The position numbers were made by a program, and so were the translations under genes. The notes beneath the pieces were generated by a model. It saw only the letters and a list, made by a program, of their open reading frames with translations, was not told the origin of the DNA and did not search any database. From IMG/VR virus record IMGVR_UViG_3300006139_000001: a stretch of 64,000 bases of DNA. The stretch is one strand, 5' to 3'. Positions within the stretch are counted from its first letter, which is position 1; the number at the start of each line of letters is the position of its first letter. Below are positions 1 to 8,669 of this stretch, one piece after another. The stretch comes from a virus.

Positions 1-10
1 TTGTAAAAAA

Positions 11-790
11 TTGGCTTCTTGGACGCATGAAATTTTAAGAATGGAATTCGCTGGTTCAGATAGATACCGTTTATCTGGTTCTACAAGCCAACGTGCAAAT
101 GCCTCGTTCTTTGCAAATAATGCCCTACCTTTGTTAAGAAAAATGAATCCAACTGCTACAAATGTTGGTGGATGGGATGAAAGTGAAATGCGTAGGTTCT
201 TAAACACTCGTGTTTATGAGGCATTACCATATAATTGGCAAGCTGCAATTAAACAAGTAAAAATTTCTGCTTCTGCTGGTAATCAGTCATCGGAAATCGT
301 TATATCAAATGACTATATTTATTTGGCTGCAAATAGAGAACTTGGTGGATGGACTTCTACTCCTTATATCAACGAAGGTGATGCAATTAGTTATTTCACT
401 ACTAATGCAAGCAGAATTAAATTCTGTGGATTAATAGTTGATGAAAATGCTCAGTTTATTACAGAAAGTTCAGACCCAACTCAGCTAACTTCTTATACTG
501 TAAAAGAGGGCGATATATGGATTAATACTAATAATTCAAGTGTTGGTTATTATTATATGACAGCCGATACAGTTGCAAAACATAGCCGAATTGGGTATAG
601 AGATATTTCATCTGCTGATAATATACCAGCTTCTAATGGCGGTATGTGGGTTCGTGCGTACTACTGGTGGGAGCGTTCTCCGAATGCCTCTACCTCCACT
701 AACTTTGTTTATGTCACCACCAACGGCAACCCGTACAACAACGGCAACGCATCTAGCGCCTATGGCGTGGCTTTCGGCTTCTCAATCTAA
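11..790 (+). CDS. DGR target protein. The C-terminal ~50 aa are encoded by the variable region; an in-frame ATG at 41 is a possible alternative start, and an in-frame stop at 4-6 confines the start to this window.
   Basis: ORF ends at 790 with ...WVRAYYWWERSPNASTSTNFVYVTTNGNPYNNGNASSAYGVAFGFSI. The last 142 nt are near-identical to the template repeat at 1782-1923. Asn/Tyr/Gly-rich C-terminus typical of C-type-lectin-fold variable proteins. Confidence 0.6.
   Translation: MASWTHEILRMEFAGSDRYRLSGSTSQRANASFFANNALPLLRKMNPTATNVGGWDESEMRRFLNTRVYEALPYNWQAAIKQVKISASAGNQSSEIVISNDYIYLAANRELGGWTSTPYINEGDAISYFTTNASRIKFCGLIVDENAQFITESSDPTQLTSYTVKEGDIWINTNNSSVGYYYMTADTVAKHSRIGYRDISSADNIPASNGGMWVRAYYWWERSPNASTSTNFVYVTTNGNPYNNGNASSAYGVAFGFSI
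642..783 (+). repeat. DGR variable region (VR)
   Basis: 142 nt aligning to 1782-1923 with 11 mismatches. Every mismatch sits at an adenine in the downstream copy (A to T/C/G at TR 1802, 1833, 1850, 1857, 1860, 1874, 1883, 1884, 1896, 1901, 1919). There are no non-A differences. Confidence 0.85.
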
Positions 791-829
791 TATCCCTTAA
801 AATCTTTAATTTGTTATAAAATACGGAAT

Positions 830-859
830 CGGCTACATTTGCGAGAGCAGGTGTAGCCG
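830..859 (+). promoter_or_regulatory. GC-rich hairpin ~40 nt downstream of the VR (cggctaca...tgtagccg, 8-bp stem). Candidate DGR homing-enhancing structure.
   Basis: Perfect 8-bp inverted repeat read directly. Its position relative to the VR end matches where DGR cruciform/hairpin elements occur. Confidence 0.45.
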
Positions 860-887
860 AAATTTATATGCACTGATAGGAGGATTT

Positions 888-1727
888 ATGTCAGTTCGAG
901 TAAATGATAGACATTTATCAGATATAGAATATGAGAACACATACGGAAAAATAAACGAATATATTTCTTTAAAATTAAAAGGATTGCCAAAAAGATACAG
1001 ATATTTTTTAGGAAAGCCGTTTAACAAAGTTCTTAATGACATCTATAGAGATATTATTGAACTTACAAATCTATATATGATTGGCAAAGGTAAAAGTATT
1101 GCTCGATATAGGCTGTGTGTAAAAATATTAAAGTCATTTGAAGAAGTTATCAGTTTATCTTATACATATTGGAATTTATCTGGGAATAACCAAAACAAAA
1201 TCAAATATGTTAATGCACGAGTTAGAATATTTTGGACTGACCTTATAAATAAGGAGATAGCATTAATCGTTGGTGTTATGGGTAAATGTAATTCCGATAA
1301 GAAAGTTGCAGTTAATATTCCTATTATGAAACCACATACAAAAAGTGAAATTAACGATGTTATATTTTTAAAAAAGTTATCTACTTTACAAGAGATAATT
1401 TATAAAAGAGCAATTCATATAAGTAAAGATTACCAAGATGCTAAAGTAGAAATGCTTGTGGAATTATCAAGAAGTGCATTATTTAATGCTACGCAAGGGA
1501 ACGATATTTTTGTCAATCAAGATGAACAGTTATACAGCAAGCGTAAAAATTTTATATCTAATGCACTTGGTGATTTATATGCTATGAATAGACCTATAAA
1601 GGAACTGAGTTTTAACGATATATTTAGCGAAGATGAATTAGAAAATGTATGTAATCTATCTACTGAATGTATTAAAATTTTGAAATCTATTCAAGAAACA
1701 GATAAGAGTTTATTTAATAAACAATAA
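888..1727 (+). CDS. Hypothetical protein between VR and TR (possible DGR accessory gene; larger than a canonical Avd)
   Basis: 279-aa AT-rich ORF with an RBS-like aggagg 7 nt upstream of the ATG. Its position between target gene and TR matches where avd normally sits. Confidence 0.4.
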   Translation: MSVRVNDRHLSDIEYENTYGKINEYISLKLKGLPKRYRYFLGKPFNKVLNDIYRDIIELTNLYMIGKGKSIARYRLCVKILKSFEEVISLSYTYWNLSGNNQNKIKYVNARVRIFWTDLINKEIALIVGVMGKCNSDKKVAVNIPIMKPHTKSEINDVIFLKKLSTLQEIIYKRAIHISKDYQDAKVEMLVELSRSALFNATQGNDIFVNQDEQLYSKRKNFISNALGDLYAMNRPIKELSFNDIFSEDELENVCNLSTECIKILKSIQETDKSLFNKQ

Positions 1728-1781
1728 GTAATAGATACGTTATGATTTGTGATAACTGCGTGTCGCCGTGTGGTAGGTGTC

Positions 1782-1923
1782 GTATGTGGGTTCGTGCGTA
1801 CAACTGGTGGGAGCGTTCTCCGAATGCCTCTAACTCCACTAACTTTGTTAATGTCAACAACAACGGCAACCCGAACAACAACAACAACGCATCTAACGCC
1901 AATGGCGTGGCTTTCGGATTCTC
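1782..1923 (+). repeat. DGR template repeat (TR). Non-coding RNA template; the ORF-track entries 1742-1936 and 1749-1955 are not genes.
   Basis: Adenine-rich (AAC-rich) copy of the VR. All VR/TR differences fall on TR adenines. Located immediately upstream of the RT gene. Confidence 0.85.
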
Positions 1924-2231
1924 TGAAAACAAGTAACCTGAACAAATCTGTTTAGACGCATAGTGTTCATATAAAAGGTGAAGATTTTAATAATAGAGTT
2001 AATTTTTTGGAGAAGGAAATTATAACGTTTCAGAAAACGATTTTCTGATAAATATACTTGTTCACATAACGAACAGCGCTTTATGACGGCGGCTATGATT
2101 GCAAAGCTGAAAAGTTTATTTTCAAATATGGGCTGAACTGTATATCATAAAGCCTATGCTTTGAAAGAGTTCTACGGATATACAAAATATAGAACCATAG
2201 TAGAGAGTCATTAGTTATTTTATGCAGGGAG

Positions 2232-3437
2232 ATGAGTGTTGATGACGTGAAGAAATTTAAAATAACACTTGAAGAAGCTATTACATATCAAAACTATTTT
2301 CATGCATTAAAAGAATGCAATAAAAATGTTAATTATAAATATAGTGTTCAAGAATTTGATTGTAATTGTGTTGTTCAAATTACCAACACTATAAATACAA
2401 TCTGTGATGGGCTAATCCCTAATGTAAAAAGTATAAACCCTATTACTATCTTTGAAAGAGGTAAGCAAAGAATTATAACTCCAATAGATATTAGTGATAG
2501 GATAACTCAAAAAGTATTATGCGATAATGTTTTAGTACCTTCTATTTGCCCTCATTTAATATTTGATAATGGTGCAAGTATGAAAAATAAAGGAACAGAT
2601 TTTGCTAGAAGGAGAGTTAATTCATTTATAGAAGATGCGAAGCGAGAGTATGGTGGCGAAAACTTATATGCTCTCGTTTTTGATTTTAAGAGTTATTTTG
2701 ACAGCATTCCTCACGAACAATGTTATAGAGTGTTAAAGAAATATCTATATGACGAAAGACTTGTTGACCTGACAATCGGCATTATTGAATCTTATAAATT
2801 GCGCAATATAGCAACAATAGAAGATGATGAACAGCGTAAAAAAGCTCTTGAAACATTGCATAATCATAAGGATGTCGGTATATGTCTTGGAAGCCAAATA
2901 TCTCAAATTATGGCGGTAGCCGTTCCAAATGAATTTGACCATTATATTAAAGATGTATTGAGATTAAAATATTATGAGCGTTATATGGATGATGGGATTA
3001 TTATTTTGAATGACAAAAATAAATTATTGCAACTTAAAATAGAACTTGGAGATTTGGCAAAAAAGTATGGTTTAAAATTTAATGATAAGAAAACCTATGT
3101 TACAAAGCTAACGAAAGGTTTTACATTTTTAAAAATAAAATACCATATTAATTCTGAAGGTAAAACAATTAAAAGGCTTGTGCGTTCTGGTATAGTGAGG
3201 GAACGTAGAAAACTAAAGAAGTTCAGGGTGAAAGTTGAGGATAGTGGTATGTCATTAGATGATGTGTATAATAACATACAGTCTTGGAATGCGCATTCTA
3301 AGATTGCAAAATGCTATACAACATCTAAAAATATGTTCGGATTATATAATGAGTATTTTGATGGGTATAAAATGACCCAAAAGTATTTTAAAGATAATCC
3401 AAATACAATACGTAAAAGAAAGGTGGTTAGAGTATGA
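2232..3437 (+). CDS. Reverse transcriptase (DGR-type)
   Basis: RT motifs YALVFDFKSYFDSIPH (motif 2), LGSQISQ (DGR-type motif 4), RYMDDGIIIL (YxDD catalytic motif). Positioned directly after the TR. Confidence 0.85.
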   Translation: MSVDDVKKFKITLEEAITYQNYFHALKECNKNVNYKYSVQEFDCNCVVQITNTINTICDGLIPNVKSINPITIFERGKQRIITPIDISDRITQKVLCDNVLVPSICPHLIFDNGASMKNKGTDFARRRVNSFIEDAKREYGGENLYALVFDFKSYFDSIPHEQCYRVLKKYLYDERLVDLTIGIIESYKLRNIATIEDDEQRKKALETLHNHKDVGICLGSQISQIMAVAVPNEFDHYIKDVLRLKYYERYMDDGIIILNDKNKLLQLKIELGDLAKKYGLKFNDKKTYVTKLTKGFTFLKIKYHINSEGKTIKRLVRSGIVRERRKLKKFRVKVEDSGMSLDDVYNNIQSWNAHSKIAKCYTTSKNMFGLYNEYFDGYKMTQKYFKDNPNTIRKRKVVRV

Positions 3438-4195
3438 AGTATTATAAGTTACTTAATGATAAAGAATTTGTTGGTGTTGGGACTTCTTTTGATTTAAGAA
3501 AATTCCAGCTAAAACATAGCATTCTTCTAACAAGTGATGATGAATCAGCTCAATATATTCAAATTAATGATAGATTATACAGAGATGATTGGTTTTCTCC
3601 TGTTATTACGGAGTTAATAAACTATACTACTGCTAAAATTATTGTAATTGAAAAAGAAGAATACGATACTTTATTTGAGGCAATAGAAACTGGTAAAGAA
3701 ATAGAAATTACAAATGACGAGCAAGATGTCCAAGAAGAATTGCCGCCAATTAACAAAGATGAGGAAGTTACTATTGAATATATTAAGGCAATTAAAAATG
3801 CAGAAATGAGTGCAATATGTAACAAGACTATCACGGGTGGTTTTGATGTTATTTTAAGTGATGGAGCAAGTCACCACTTTTCATTAACAATTCAAGACCA
3901 ATTAAATCTCATTACACTATCTTCTATGATTTCAGCAGGAGAAACAGTAATCCCTTATCACGCCGATGGTGAACTTTGTAAAGGCTATTCAGCCGAAGAT
4001 ATTACTACAATCATAAATACTGCCACTGCATTTAAAACATTTCATGTAACTTACTATAACTCGTTAAGAGCATATATTGAATCAATAGATGATATTTCTG
4101 AAATAAATAGTATTGTATATGGTATGGATATTCCAGAAAAATATCAGTCTGATATTCTAAAGACATTACTGATGAAAAAATTACAGGAAAATTAA
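3434..4195 (+). CDS. Hypothetical protein
   Basis: 253-aa ORF overlapping the RT stop by 4 nt (atga), i.e. translationally coupled. No recognisable motif. Confidence 0.4.
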   Translation: MKYYKLLNDKEFVGVGTSFDLRKFQLKHSILLTSDDESAQYIQINDRLYRDDWFSPVITELINYTTAKIIVIEKEEYDTLFEAIETGKEIEITNDEQDVQEELPPINKDEEVTIEYIKAIKNAEMSAICNKTITGGFDVILSDGASHHFSLTIQDQLNLITLSSMISAGETVIPYHADGELCKGYSAEDITTIINTATAFKTFHVTYYNSLRAYIESIDDISEINSIVYGMDIPEKYQSDILKTLLMKKLQEN

Positions 4196-4196
4196 T

Positions 4197-4646
4197 ATGA
4201 AAATTAACAAAACAATTCTTTTGTTTTTAGTTGGATATTGTACATATATCGCAGTTGAAGTTACATATAGAAACATTTCATACCCAATTATGGGTGTTTG
4301 TGGCGGATTGGTAATAATATTACTTGATAAAATTAATGATAATATTTCTTGGGATATAGATATAATTATTCAAGGATTATGTGGTTCAGCGCTTGTTACA
4401 TTTTTTGAATTAGTAATTGGTGAAATTGCTTTGCATACAGAATTGTTGCCAGTTATGTGGAACTATTCAAATGTTCCTTTAAACTTTGACGGAGTAATTT
4501 GTTTTCCGTTTAGTGTTATATGGTTCTTTTTATCTTTGCTTGCTATATTTCTTGCAGATGCAATAAACTATTATATATTAGATGAACCACAAACTCCATA
4601 CTATAAATTATTTGGGAAAACTATTATCAAATTTAAAGAAAAGTGA
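4197..4646 (+). CDS. Small integral membrane protein (about 4 TM segments; holin-like?)
   Basis: 149 aa with several hydrophobic stretches (ILLFLVGYCTYIAV, GVCGGLVIILL, FPFSVIWFFLSLLAIFLA). Confidence 0.45.
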   Translation: MKINKTILLFLVGYCTYIAVEVTYRNISYPIMGVCGGLVIILLDKINDNISWDIDIIIQGLCGSALVTFFELVIGEIALHTELLPVMWNYSNVPLNFDGVICFPFSVIWFFLSLLAIFLADAINYYILDEPQTPYYKLFGKTIIKFKEK

Positions 4647-4665
4647 TTTATTATCATTTATAATT

Positions 4666-4706
4666 GGGGGTTACGAGACTAACAATCTTGTAACCCTATT
4701 TTTTTG
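4666..4706 (+). terminator. Rho-independent terminator-like hairpin plus T-run after the membrane-protein gene. Also a candidate att core (imperfect 9-bp inverted arms ggttacgag / cttgtaacc).
   Basis: ggttac(N15)gtaacc followed by tattttttt. Confidence 0.4.
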
Positions 4707-4891
4707 CGCTATTCGTTTGTAAAATATTCTATTAAGTAATAGGAGATTTTATAAAAGAATACCATATCTTGTGTTTCTTCAATATGTAATCGGCAGATAT
4801 TGAAGTGCTGGCTATCAAATTTTAATCTCCTTAATTAAGTGAATCCCCTGTTTCACATAGTTAAGGATATTGCCTACTAAAAAAAATATAA

Positions 4892-6502
4892 TCAGTCAAT
4901 CTTCCCGATAAAGCGGTAGAATATCTCAACCTCTTGCTCCTTGCCACCTTCCGTTTCTACAGATTCATGTACTATAATCTTTTCGATTAAAGCATTGAGC
5001 AATGGTGCTGTAAGTTCTTGTGGGTCAGTGTACTGCTTTATAAGAGCAATCCACTTTTCCTTGTTACTTGCGTTCTCTTTTTCTTCTTGAAGTTTGGCTG
5101 ACAATGTTTCAACGAGTTCATGAAGTTCATCTTGCTCTTGCTGGTATTTAGCTGTTAGCATATTGAAGTTTCTCTCATTGATTTTGTCTTGTAACCTATC
5201 TTCATAAAGTTTCGCAAAGAGCGTATCTAACTCTCTTAGTCTTTTCTCAGATTTCTTTATATCTGAAATTGCTCTTTGCCGGGAGGAAGCAAACTCTTTA
5301 TCGCCACTTTTTATAAGGTATGCGAGTAGCTTATCTTCATCTTTCTGAGCTATAGCCGTCCAATAACGAATTCTTGATAAAACATACTCATACAATGTGT
5401 CGTAACGAATATAGTGCATTGAACAGAAAACTTTGCCCATTTGACCATATTTGCTACACGAGAAGTAACTATATGGGTTTTTGTTTTGAGTATTCGTACC
5501 AAACCTCATTGACCATCCGCAATCAGCACACTTAACCAATCCAGCGAATATTTGTTGTTGAGTGTTTTTCATGTTCCTACGTCTTGACTCTATCATACCT
5601 TGGATTTGTTTAAATTCTTCTTTGCCAATAATAGGTTCATGTGTATTCTCGATTCTTAACCATTCGCTTTTAGGTTTTCTCACACGTTTCTTATTCTTAA
5701 ACGAAATAGTACTTTGCTTATTGTGAATTGTATTGCCGATATAGGTTTCATCCTTCAGAATGTGTTTAACCTGAGCAATCGTCCACATATATCGTTTGTT
5801 TTCTGGCTGTCCATCAAAAATGTGTGCAAATGTGCCATCTTTCTGATAGTTAATCCAAGCAGGTGTTGGTACTTGCTCTTTAATAAGAGCCTTAGTGATT
5901 TTTGCCGCACCAATTCCACTTAATGCGTATGTGAAGATTTTCTCAATAATCCATTTGGTTTCTTCATCGACGATGAGCTTTCCAACTGAGTCTGGACTTT
6001 TCTTATATCCAATTGGTGCATAAGCACAATAGCGTTCGCCCATTGCAAATTTGGTTTGAAATGCCGCATGAACCTTTTTGCTAATGTCTCTTGCATACCA
6101 TTCGTTGATGATATTTTTAAATGGCGCAAATTCGTTATCGCCATTAAGACTGTCCACACTGTCGTTTATAGCAATGAAGCGCACATTATGGCTTGGAAAA
6201 TACAGCTCTGTATATTGACCAGTGAGGATATAATTTCTACCAAGTCGAGAAAGGTCTTTCACGATTACACAGTTAATCTTACCATCCTCAATATCTTGAA
6301 TCATACGCTGAAAATCTGGTCGGTCAAAATTTGTACCAGACCAACCATCGTCAACATATTCGTCATAGACATTTATATGGTGGTCAATAGCATACTTTCT
6401 TAGCATTTGGCGCTGAGTGATAATACTTGAACTATCACCTTGCAATTCATCGTCTCTACTCAATCGTAGATAGAGTCCAGCATCATAAGTGGGTTCTGTC
6501 AT
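4892..6502 (-). CDS. Large serine recombinase (serine integrase)
   Basis: N-terminal resolvase domain YLRLSRDD...GTNFDRP...VIVKDLSRLGRN, followed by a long recombinase and zinc-ribbon region (CADCGWSM...CSKY) and a coiled-coil C-terminus. 536 aa. Confidence 0.85.
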   Translation of the reverse strand: MTEPTYDAGLYLRLSRDDELQGDSSSIITQRQMLRKYAIDHHINVYDEYVDDGWSGTNFDRPDFQRMIQDIEDGKINCVIVKDLSRLGRNYILTGQYTELYFPSHNVRFIAINDSVDSLNGDNEFAPFKNIINEWYARDISKKVHAAFQTKFAMGERYCAYAPIGYKKSPDSVGKLIVDEETKWIIEKIFTYALSGIGAAKITKALIKEQVPTPAWINYQKDGTFAHIFDGQPENKRYMWTIAQVKHILKDETYIGNTIHNKQSTISFKNKKRVRKPKSEWLRIENTHEPIIGKEEFKQIQGMIESRRRNMKNTQQQIFAGLVKCADCGWSMRFGTNTQNKNPYSYFSCSKYGQMGKVFCSMHYIRYDTLYEYVLSRIRYWTAIAQKDEDKLLAYLIKSGDKEFASSRQRAISDIKKSEKRLRELDTLFAKLYEDRLQDKINERNFNMLTAKYQQEQDELHELVETLSAKLQEEKENASNKEKWIALIKQYTDPQELTAPLLNALIEKIIVHESVETEGGKEQEVEIFYRFIGKID

Positions 6503-6762
6503 ACAATACCTCCTTATAATAGAACCCGCACTTACAATATTCTGCCTTTTAGTATTATATCATAAATGCGGGCGTTTTTCAATATTTATTATTTACATTT
6601 GTTTTTCTGATGTAATTGGTTCTTTTGTAGAAGTTGATTTAGCTTCCCTGCTTATAGCATCTTTAATAACATCTTCTAAACTTTTGCCATGTTTATTAAA
6701 GTGTTCTGAAATGATGATTTTTGTTCCGTTATGTATAAAATATTGTTTATTATTCTGTTCGC

Positions 6763-7155
6763 TCATATCCGTTTGCCCCTATCTGATAGACTCAAAAGAA
6801 ATATCGGAATCCCATTTTGGGCAGATTCGTAATCATTGAATACTCTAAGTTTTAATCCGCCTTTACTGTATAAAACAACGTCGGGAGTAGGATTTTGATG
6901 ATTACGGGTAAAGCAGTATGCGCATTTCTGCTTGTTATTGATTCTATACAATGTCATATGTTCTACTTTTGGTTGTTTGTTTACATAGGATATAACATAA
7001 TACTTCCTTCCGATTATCATCTGTTTTGAGCAGTATTCTTCTATGATTTGTAAAGCATCAGAAAGTCCAACGACATAGCTCCGTTGTTCGTCTGTCATGT
7101 TCGCTGAACTTTCAAGTGCAATTTTGCTTTTAAGGATTTCTATAATTTCCTGCAT
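6763..7155 (-). CDS. Hypothetical protein
   Basis: 130-aa ORF upstream of the integrase. No motif recognised. Confidence 0.35.
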   Translation of the reverse strand: MQEIIEILKSKIALESSANMTDEQRSYVVGLSDALQIIEEYCSKQMIIGRKYYVISYVNKQPKVEHMTLYRINNKQKCAYCFTRNHQNPTPDVVLYSKGGLKLRVFNDYESAQNGIPIFLLSLSDRGKRI

Positions 7156-7586
7156 TAACTCTTACCTGTACTTCCAAATCCACCACGGTCTGTATCTGCA
7201 AGATGTTCAACAGTCTGGAATTCAATTTCAGGCTGTTTCTTTACAATACGGAACTGGCAAATTCTATCGTTTTTGTGGATAACAGTATCTCTCAAAGCAA
7301 ATGCTGGGAAGCGCCACTGGTCATTATCGCCACAATAACTTTCATCAATAATGCCACAATGATTTGTCTGAATAACGCCAAAATTCTTAAATGTGCTGCT
7401 ACGAGGAACAACATGGGCTTCATAACCACTAGGAAGAATCATGCCGATACCAAGTTTGATAAGTTTGAATTCACCCTGCTTTAACTCAACTGTTTCAGCA
7501 GAACGAAGGTCAATCCAGTCACCCTTATCAATCTTTTCAATTCTTTCAATTTCGTCATTAAAATACTTAATCTTAATGGTTTCCAT
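7155..7586 (-). CDS. dut: dUTP pyrophosphatase (trimeric dUTPase)
   Basis: Motifs VVPRSSTF (motif II) and [10 protein letters not shown] (motif III). 143 aa. Confidence 0.8.
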   Translation of the reverse strand: METIKIKYFNDEIERIEKIDKGDWIDLRSAETVELKQGEFKLIKLGIGMILPSGYEAHVVPRSSTFKNFGVIQTNHCGIIDESYCGDNDQWRFPAFALRDTVIHKNDRICQFRIVKKQPEIEFQTVEHLADTDRGGFGSTGKS

Positions 7587-7591
7587 TATGT

Positions 7592-8128
7592 TTACACTCC
7601 TAAATTTTTATGAATTACATAATCAGCAATTTTGTCATATTCTTCAACATTGCCTTTTACTGTCTTATATTTGATATTTCTACCTTGAAGTAGTTTTTCT
7701 AAAGGCTCTTTAAGGGAATCACTTTCGGCTTCGGTTTGGAGTCTACCTTTAGGGTTATACGGTTTATCTCTTAGCAGAAGATAAGAAATGTTATCAAATG
7801 AGTTAAAGCAATTCATTATGGTTTTATTGAAATCTTCACCAAGAACTTTGCTTTTGTTGTAAAAGATTGAAAGTGGTAAAGGGCTATCTGTAATGATTAC
7901 ATCTACCTTATCTCTGCATCTGCTCATTCTATAAAACTGTTTACCAAATAAGTAACACTGGTTATCTGGTTTGAAAACCTCTGAGTTTTCTTCCCAAACC
8001 TTATCTTTTGCGAATTCTGTAATGAGTTCTGCATTGATACCAGCCATTTTGATTTTACTGAATATGTACGCTGCACCAGTTGATTTACCGGCTGAAGGTA
8101 CACCGAAAAGATTTACTACTATCATCAA
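7592..8128 (-). CDS. P-loop NTPase / nucleotide-kinase-like protein
   Basis: Walker [11 protein letters not shown] near the N-terminus. 178 aa. Sits in the nucleotide-metabolism block. Confidence 0.5.
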   Translation of the reverse strand: MMIVVNLFGVPSAGKSTGAAYIFSKIKMAGINAELITEFAKDKVWEENSEVFKPDNQCYLFGKQFYRMSRCRDKVDVIITDSPLPLSIFYNKSKVLGEDFNKTIMNCFNSFDNISYLLLRDKPYNPKGRLQTEAESDSLKEPLEKLLQGRNIKYKTVKGNVEEYDKIADYVIHKNLGV

Positions 8129-8141
8129 TTATCCTCTTTGC

Positions 8142-8669
8142 TTAGTTGTCATATAAAACAACAGTATCGTTCTCAAATGATTTTTGTACATCAATAACTC
8201 TCTGATTTAGGCTACCGACCCACAAAACTTGTTTATGATTTATGTCTTGTTTATCAATCTGAAATTGCCCATCTGCAACAACATCTGATAATGCAACGGT
8301 CATTAGTCTCGTTAAAGCATATTGCGATGTTTGATTTATAATGTTTTCCCATTTATAACCAGTGAAAATCCAAATCTTCTTCTCTGGATATAAAGATTTA
8401 AGTCTTTGGATAATATGAAATACTGTTTCAACATTCTCGTCTGCAAGTGGTTCTCCGCCTAAAAATGAGATTCTTTGAATATACGGTTTATTAGCCAACT
8501 CAATAAATTTATCTTCAATTTCTGGTGTCCATTCATATCCACCACTGAAATCCCATGTTTCCTGATTAAAACATCCTTGACAATGGAAGTGACACCCTTG
8601 GACGAACAGGGAGATTCCCACTCCCTGCCCGTTTGAGATGTCCATTTTGCGGATTAGTGAATACCTCAT
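8142..8669 (-). CDS. nrdG: Anaerobic ribonucleotide reductase activating protein (radical SAM)
   Basis: CHFHCQGC (CxxxCxxC radical-SAM cluster motif). Directly downstream of nrdD, with a start/stop overlap at 8669. Confidence 0.8.
   Translation of the reverse strand: MRYSLIRKMDISNGQGVGISLFVQGCHFHCQGCFNQETWDFSGGYEWTPEIEDKFIELANKPYIQRISFLGGEPLADENVETVFHIIQRLKSLYPEKKIWIFTGYKWENIINQTSQYALTRLMTVALSDVVADGQFQIDKQDINHKQVLWVGSLNQRVIDVQKSFENDTVVLYDN

Noticed and set aside
573-800. 75-aa alternative-frame ORF overlapping the 3' end of the DGR target gene
   Set aside because: Translation is Thr/Ala/Pro low-complexity from the GC-rich VR. The main frame has the coherent protein.
1742-1955. Two plus-strand ORFs (1742-1936, 1749-1955) in the ORF track
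   Set aside because: They lie entirely within the DGR template repeat. The region is an RNA template, and its openness reflects AAC-rich, stop-poor composition.
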